This document shows, piece by piece, positions 56,662-64,000 of a stretch of 64,000 bases of DNA. Source of the stretch: Catajapyx aquilonaris (Eukaryota); the NCBI GenBank assembly GCA_000934665.2, contig JYFJ02002038.1:1-64000 (forward strand). Direction: 5' to 3'. Within the stretch, counting starts at the first letter, position 1. Each line of letters starts with the position of its first letter. A program made the translations under genes and the position numbers. The notes beneath the pieces were generated by a model that saw only the letters and a program-made list of their open reading frames with translations, was not told where the DNA came from and did no database searches.

Positions 56662-59600
56662 CTGTGAGTTCTCTCATGTCCTCTCAAATGACTTGGGTGA
56701 TTGAATGTTTTCTGGCAAACCAGGCAGCTGTATGGTTTCTCCCCAGTGTGTGTATGCATGTGAATTTGTAGATTCCCTCCCTGCGCAAACCCTTTCTGAC
56801 ACACGTGGCATTTAAATGGTTTCTCCCCAGTGTGTGTTCGCATGTGAGCATTTAGACTATCTGCATGTGAAAACTTTTTCTGACACACACGGCATTTAAA
56901 TGGTTTCTCCCCAGTGTGTGTTCGCATGTGAACATTTAGATTATGTGCAAGTGAAAACCCTTTCTGACACACCTGGCATTTAAATGGTTTTTCCCCAGTG
57001 TGTGTTCGCATGTGACCTTTTAGACTCCCTCTTTGCGAAAACCCTCTCTGACACACACGGCATTTAAATGGTTTCTCCCCAGTGTGTGTTCGCATGTGAT
57101 CATTTAGATGCCCTGCCTGTGAAAACCTTTCCAGACACACATGGCATTTATGTGGTTTTTCCCCAGTGTGTGTTCGCATATGAACATTTAGAGAGTTTGC
57201 ATGTGAAAACTTTTTCTGACACACATGGCATTTAAACGGTTTCTCCCCGGTGTGTGTTCGCATGTGAAGTTTTAGACCCCCTCCCTGCGCAAACCCTTTC
57301 TGACACACACGGCATTTAAATGGTTTCTCACCTGTATGTGTACGCATGTGAATGCTTAATTCACTTGGTTGTGAAAACCTTTTCTTACACACACGGCATT
57401 GAAATGGTCTCTCACCAGTATGTATTCGCATGTGAACAGTTAGATGTGCTGTTTGTGCAAACCCTTTCTGACACAGACGGCATTTAAATGGTTTCTCCCC
57501 AGTGTGTGTTCGCATGTGAAGTTTTAGAGTCCCACTTTGCGAAAACCCTCTCTGACACACACGGCATTTAAATGGTTTCTCCCCAGTGTGAGTTCGCATG
57601 TGATCTTTTAGAGTATTTGCATGTGAACACCTTTTCTGACACACATGGCACTTAAACGGTTTCTCCCCAGTGTGTGTTCGCATGTGAACTTTTAAATACT
57701 GTGCTTGTGAAAACTTTTTCAGACACACATGGCACTTAAATGGTTTCTCCCCGGTGTGTGTTCGCATGTGACGTTTTAGATCCTCTCCCTGCGCAAACCC
57801 TTTCTGACATACACAGCATGTAAATGGTTTCTCCCCAGTGTGTGTTCGCATGTGAGATTTTAGACTATGTGCGTGAGAAAACTTTTCCAGACACACGTGG
57901 CATTTATGTGGTTTCTCCCCAGTGTGTGTTCGCACGTGAACATTTCGAGCCCCTATTTGTGAAAACTTTTTCTGACACACCTGGCATTCATGTGGTTTCT
58001 CCCCAGTGTGTGTTAGCATGTGAACTTTTAGACCATCTGCACGTGAACACCTTTTCTGACACACTTGGCATTGAAATGGTTTCTCCCCAGTGTGTGTTCG
58101 CATGTGAACATTTAGATGGCATTTTTGTTCAAACTTTTTTTGACACACATGGCATTTAAATGGTTCTTCCCCAGTGTGTGTTCGCATGTGAAGTTTTAGA
58201 CTCCCTCCCTGCGCAAACCCTCTCTGACACACACGGCATTTAAATGGTTTCTCCCCAGTGTGTGTTCGCATGTGAACATTTAGATTATGTGCATGTGAAC
58301 ACCTTTTCTGACACACATGGCATTTAAACGGTTTCTCCCCAGTGTGTGTTCGCATGTGAACATTTAGAGAATTTGCACGTGAAAACTTTTTCTGACACAC
58401 CTGGCATTTATGTGGTTTCTCCCCAGTGTGTGTTCGCATGTGAACTTTCAATTGAGAAGCTTGTTGAAACTCCCTCTGGCAAATGTCGCATCCAAACACC
58501 TGTTTAGTTCCTCTTGTCTTCCTGTAATCTTGCACTCGAGCCTGTTTCTTTGCATTTCTATCTCTTGTGTTCACTTTTTCTCCCTGAAAGATCAATTACA
58601 TGTGATCCATCACTGAATGTTTCACAAAATGGAAGGGGCCACGAAACCAATTTGAAGGTTGGAAATGATAAAGGGTGTAAGTGCAATTTTTTTCCAACCT
58701 TGAGAAAAAGCAATTTTTGTGTATCCTATCCGAAATTCTTTCTTGGTGAACATGACCGTCGTAAATGCAACATACAATCAAGGCACATGGGCATATGCAA
58801 TAATGATGAACATATGTCACTGATAAAAATTCAAGCCCAAAAGTAACAAAACAACTCAAACAAGAAAGGTGTAAGTGCCAGGAGACCATTTCATCATTAA
58901 AGGTGTCAACACTTGGGTTGCGCAATAGGGTTGAAATTTGACATTTCGCATTAGGTCTCAGGTGTGTACAACCATGATTTTATTCAGCAAAATCAGAGAC
59001 AGTCGAGCAACACTTTGACTCAGTTGAACTGGAATGGCCCACAGCATAATAAGTGTGAACTTTTCCTCATTTTAAAACAAGTTTTGAAATTCATTAGTAT
59101 TGATGCTTTGAAAATTGTAAGTTTTTGGAGAATCGACCATATTATGTTCATTGGGGTTTGACCACTTCCAGTAACTGAAAACATTATCCAAACAAAGCCT
59201 CACTTTCAGCGTTTTTCCAATTTTAGCGATTTTTTCCCTCCCCACGGTATTTCGAAATTTGGCTGAAACTTGATATGCAGTGTTATGGCGTAGGTGTGTA
59301 CAGCTGTGATTATTTTGACCGAAATCCGAGATGGTCTATCAACAGTCTGGGAACAAACATTTGGGGGGAAAAAACCATTATATCTGAGTATTTTGGTTTT
59401 TTGACTGCCCCGAGGTCAAAAACAAATCTCAGGCAAAATGAAAGGTCATTATGAGTTACGAGTGACCTAAGATACATGGAAATAGCAATGAAGTACCATG
59501 GTCAAATATTGTGTTCCATAGTGTAGGCCTAATCTGGAGCACAGGACATCATCATCTGATCAGCCCAACTCCCAAACAATTGGCCGGCAGTAGGCTACTT

Positions 59601-62600
59601 GAATTTCGAGTTTTTTTTTTTTTTACAGTGATCTGTTTGAAAATTAATTTAGGGACTTCTGTACGATGAAAATTGCTTCCAACACATTCATAGTGTGGAT
59701 GTAGAGCATGAACATGTAAGTAGACGTAGCTGTCATTATCGTAAAATATCTCTGGTGGAATTTTTGTCTCACAGCTAGCTACTTCTTAAAAAAAGTGTTG
59801 GGAATGGTACTGCAAAGTTAGAAGTAGAGTCATTCCACATCAGATCATCTAGAGAAAAAAAAACAGAATGTCACCAGACCGTCTCAGCTTTTGACCAAAT
59901 TTGGTACATCTGTTGCACTTGTTAAGAAAGCGAAAGCCTGAAAATTTCAGGTAAATGTCTCAGTAAGATAAAACGTTACGAATAAAATCTTCAATATATT
60001 GGTCATAAATGGGAGAAAAGCGTCGCTAATTCCTTATGGAAGGTGCCCTGTCTCGTAATTTATTTTGCTATACATTTATTACTTGCGCTACAAACCTGCA
60101 AATTGCTACACTTATGGTTTAAAACCTGCTGATTTCAAAACTTCCATCAGATTTGACCTATCTTTTCATGATGAGTGACTTTTGCAATAGGAAAATAAAT
60201 TTTTCATGTCCAAAAAAATGCCATGACCTTGAAACTTTGCAAGCCAATTAAAAAAGTTTCGGAGTTCGTACAGTGACGACAATAGTAGGCCTACCATTGG
60301 AAAGCTAATGGTGGCAACTTTCCAAATCTGTAATAAAAGGTCTGGTATTTTACTTTTAACAGTTAAAAACAGCTTTTTACATAAAAAGGGGGAAATTACT
60401 TACCCTCACCGTGAAGCCTGCAAACAGATTTTTATAATAGGACAACCATTTCCTTTCAATGAGTTCAGGAGACTGGTCATGTAATTTGTATTGTCTTCCT
60501 GTAATAGTAATGGGGATATCTATGCTGCAGTGGCACCTAGCACTGATCTTGCAAGTCTGCCTGGACATGTCAGGTGAAAATCAGAAAAAGACTCGACCAC
60601 GGGAGGGTGACTGGGACGGGATTTGAACCCCGGACCTCCCGCTTGGCTGGCCAGTAGCCTAGCCACTAGACCACCATGGCCCCCCGACCTCATTCAATTG
60701 CACCATTTCACAAAAATCATGATTTGCAAAGAAAAATAAGTATCCAGTAGATTTTATACATTACTTGGACACTTGGTGTAGTATCATTAAGAAGTGATTA
60801 TGCTGTACCTCGTTTTGTGGGGTGTGGTGTTCCCTCATTTCATGGCGTTCTAGGTCCACCTTTGTTGCAAATGGTTTCTTGCAGTCAGTGCATAAGAGAT
60901 GGGCCAGGTCAACCAAGGGACTCTTTCCCTGGGGAAGCAAAAAATTAATGGCTTTACTTCTAAGAATCTTGTCAATCAATTTCGGCTATCTTTGGCTGGG
61001 AGGAACTATTATTTCCTGAGAAGGCGATTAACGTGAAGTTGACTTCCTCCATGTGAAAGAAATGGAATATTCTTCTGCAGAGCTTCATGATCTTCCCCAA
61101 TACCCCAACAACTCTTCCATCTCGATAATGGACTCGGTGGTTTTCCAAGTGATCAGTTCTGGATCAGTTTTTGTGTGGTGTGAGTCGAAAGGGTAGTTTG
61201 GGGCAGCCGTGAATAATAGGAAGAAACTGGATGCAGAGGACAGGATCAAAAATAATAATTATCAAACCTATCTGTCACAAGACCATTTGGAAGTCTGCTT
61301 GCAAATTGTCACAACTTCACACACACCCACACACACCAAATATCGCGAAGTTGGGGACGAATAGTTCACCCATTCTCACTGAAGTGTTTTGTGAAGTGTG
61401 TGTGGGTGTGTGTTCTTGTCTTCAATAAGGTCTGGGGACGGAAACAGGTGTGTTACTGTAACTCTGGGGACGTTGACCCAATTGTGGGGACATATTCTGT
61501 CCCCACAGCGTCTCACACGAGAATATCACCGTTACAGTGGTTTGTCCCCACTATTTCGTTTTGCAGGGTTTCACAAAAGTCAATTTATCTCAGCCTAGGT
61601 TAGTTAGGGTACAGTGAAAAAAAGGGTAGTAAGACCTCCGCGGCGGAATGAAAGTACTGAAACAAGGAAGCCCACGTAAGACCTACACCAATTGATTTAA
61701 GCTGTACCACAGGTCTTACTCAAGCAATTCTAAAGTACTGCATGGAACAGCTCGTAAAAATTACAGCTACAAACTACTCAGAGCAGTATGTAGGGTTTTA
61801 TTTTGAAAAGAAAAAAAAACGTGGAAAAAACTAAACCCATCCTAACAGACTTGGTCCAATCGAAAAAGACCCTCTAAAATTCAACAATTTACGTTTACAT
61901 GTGAAAAATGAAACATTAGAGTTAAAATCAGCATCTAAAAGAGGTGACGATTCTGCATGAATGTTTCATGGCAATAATTCACACCAATAGTATAGAAATT
62001 CAAGGTGCTTAATATTGAAGTTCCTAATTTCATAAAACACTAATATGGAGTGGCTCATGGAGAATTAATGGGTGGAATTTTCGGCGTACTACTATTAATA
62101 TTAACTATAGGTCTGTAGTTACTGCTAACTTATAGCAGTACCATTGCACTACACTGGTGCTGCTAAGTTAGAAGTAACTAGTAGTACGACAGAAATTCCA
62201 CAAATTTGTTTTCAGAAAGGAGATTTCATGAGTAGTAAATTGGTAATTGCTTGAGTAAGACCTATGGTACAGCTTAAATCAATTGGTGAAGGTCTTACGT
62301 GCGCCTGCCTTGTTTCAGTACTTTTATTCTGCCACGAAGGTCTTACTACCCTTTTTTTCACTGAAGGGAATGTTTTTGCTCTTATCTAATACACAATTGC
62401 TGTACCTCACTGGGAGTGGATATCTCATTAATTTCCATTTCAAGTGGTTTTACAACAGTTTCAATCTGACAGACAGGTTCATGCTATTGAGCCCATGCTA
62501 TGTGAGTAATTGCATGGCAAGAGAGAGTGTCACCCCACCTTTTGTTCTCCTGAAGGTGCAACTTGAGGCTCCATTGGTCTGTCACTCGGCAGCACCTTTG

Positions 62601-63379
62601 GCTTTCTATAACTCCTTAAGAATTTCTTGACTCGAGCCTGCTCCTCTACGTCCACCTCTTCTTTCACAGGTACTGCCAAGGGCTGCTCACCATTTCTCAC
62701 ATTCTCTTCCCTCCGTGTGTCCACACCCAACCCTACAGGAGGCTGAAAATGCAAGTGAGGTTAGGTATTTGGTACAATGGCTGAATTCTTTCTCCTGCAG
62801 ATCCTTACTGTAGCCACATGTTTTAAAATGACTGACCAGTATACTGTTATGGGGGTATTGACACAGTTTTCCAGAATAAAATTGGATTCTCCAGCACTAA
62901 AAACAAGCCAAAGAAAACCCAGGTAGCACAAAAAGTTGGGCCAATATTGGAGCCAATATTGGCCCAATATCTAAGATATTGGGCCAACATTCGTCCAATA
63001 TTGGCCCAACTTTTTGTGCTACCTGGGAACCAGTTTCCACCCATGTGTAAATTCCCTACAGCATGTTCTGAGACTCAAAGTAAAAGTATGAACCCACTGC
63101 AGCAATGCTGGTTGACTTGACATGATACATGCTCAGTGGTTTTCTCACCTGGGCATGTGCGCCACTTCCACTTGCGTCACCTTCCTCCTCCTTGTTGAAT
63201 CGAATGGTGACCTCCACCTGACCCCCACCAGTGAGCAGTCCTTCCTCCCCGTCCTGCAGCTCCCTCTTGACCTCATCCCACTTGGAGTGGGTGAAGCTGT
63301 GCCCCAGGAGGAGGCACCTCCTGTCAAACACCTGGTCGCAGTACAGGCAGGGGAAGGTCCCCGTGGCCATCCAGTCCAT
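56658..63379 (-). CDS. Multi-C2H2 zinc-finger protein, complement(join(56658..58583,60809..60928,62539..62742,63149..63379)), about 826 aa, 24 fingers
   Basis: The last exon has 22 tandem C-x2-C-x12-H-x3-H fingers with TGEKP linkers (acceptor tctttcag|GGA at 58583). Three upstream exons are bounded by phase-0 GT/AG sites: 63379-63149 (isolated finger [21 protein letters not shown]), 62742-62539 (acidic, VKEEVDVEE) and 60928-60809 (isolated finger [22 protein letters not shown]). The array exon is certain; linkage of the upstream exons is inferred from phase compatibility. Confidence 0.85.
60540..60686 (-). mobile_element. tRNA-derived SINE head of a second family, in a ZNF intron (3' extent unclear)
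   Basis: Minus strand TGGTCTAGTGG (A box) ... GGTTCAAATCC (B box); the acceptor and anticodon stems do not pair, so it is not a tRNA gene. Confidence 0.7.
61612..62363. mobile_element. Non-autonomous TIR element in a ZNF intron
   Basis: About 115-bp imperfect TIRs CAGTGAAAAAAAGGGTAGTAAGACCT...AGGTCTTACTACCCTTTTTTTCACTG; a second small inverted repeat lies inside at about 62073-62200. Confidence 0.75.
62918..63027. mobile_element. 110-bp palindromic MITE (CMC/EnSpm-like termini)
   Basis: CCCAGGTAGCACAAAAAGTTGGGCCAATATTGG...CCAATATTGGCCCAACTTTTTGTGCTACCTGGG, flanked by AA on both sides. Confidence 0.75.
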
Positions 63380-63781
63380 CTCTGCCTAATGTTAGCGGTG
63401 CTGGCTTTGTCAGGGTAACTAGAGAAGAGTACGTGCTGTTATTCATTTAGTCATAAGCCAGGAGATGCCCCCTGATGTGCACTAGGTTGGGCAGGGGGCC
63501 TGACATGGCCAGCAGCCTCAGCCTGATGGGACTGCAGCTGCCTCCTTGGGGAGAATCGAACCTACCTTTATTCCCAACAACCAAGTCCCACCGACTGACC
63601 ACCTTCCTCCAGCCCAACCGTGTGGTTCTGCCCCCTCCTCCTTTCTTCTCCCACCTTCCCCGAGCGTGTGGCTCAGAAGCGAGCAGAGCAGGGCATAGCA
63701 GGCACCATCCGCCCTCGAAGGAAGAAGAAGTCAAAGGGAAAGGAAGAGTCCGAAGAAGACGAGAGGAAAGGAAGAGGGAGA

Positions 63782-63792
63782 CGCCATCTTGG
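63782..63792 (-). promoter_or_regulatory. YY1/Pho-type CCAAGATGGCG motif near the probable ZNF transcription start
   Basis: Minus strand CCAAGATGGCG about 400 bp upstream of the proposed ATG; this motif is typical just downstream of housekeeping-type start sites. Confidence 0.4.
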
Positions 63793-64000
63793 AAGCCACA
63801 TGCTTAATAACGAAGGGAACGGAACGGTGCGGTGCATTCGGGCGGATGGACACATGAACAGTGCGGTCCATGTCAGAATGCAGGGAACGACAATTAATTT
63901 TACAGCAAATATCACAGCAGTCATTCAAGTCTTGCTTCCATAAAATTGATGCGGCATGTTTTAAATTAAATATTTTCACTAGGAAAATCCTCGCTCCGCT

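Noticed and set aside
56658..58500. CRISPR-like regular repeats, or a PRDM9 call
   Set aside because: The 84-bp periodicity is zinc-finger coding sequence in a eukaryote; no PR/SET, KRAB or SSXRD domain was seen in the upstream exons.
58870..60350. Probable DNA-transposon remnants in the long ZNF intron (also 760-1450 and 13515-13870)
   Set aside because: The texture is repeat-like but I could not define paired termini or TSDs, so they were not annotated.
60608..60686. Possible tRNA gene (also 56335-56411)
   Set aside because: A and B boxes are present but the cloverleaf stems do not pair; both are SINE heads.

Overview
Eukaryotic (invertebrate, most likely arthropod) genomic DNA; the ORF track is mostly noise because the real genes are spliced. 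Bases 1 to about 50 kb are a gene-poor regulatory landscape holding two tandem, same-strand achaete-scute (ASH/ASCL) bHLH genes. One is a canonical proneural-type gene (18684-19692, 2 coding exons). The other is a more divergent, possibly asense-like paralogue (33449-about 35297, at least 3 coding exons). The landscape has an unusual density of Hairy/E(spl) repressor sites (ten GGCACGCG 8-mers found by eye), clusters of proneural E-boxes and Su(H) sites, and neural microRNA seed sites in the first gene's 3' UTR. On the minus strand follow a compact two-coding-exon SPAG17/PF6-like gene (50082-54029) and a four-exon C2H2 zinc-finger gene (56658-63379) with a 22-finger minisatellite-like array plus a frameshifted 23rd finger. 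Intergenic DNA and introns contain many non-autonomous elements: Harbinger-, Tc1/mariner-, Kolobok- and CMC-like MITEs, foldbacks, a Helitron/DINE-like family and tRNA-derived SINEs. All gene models and family assignments were made by eye without database searches.
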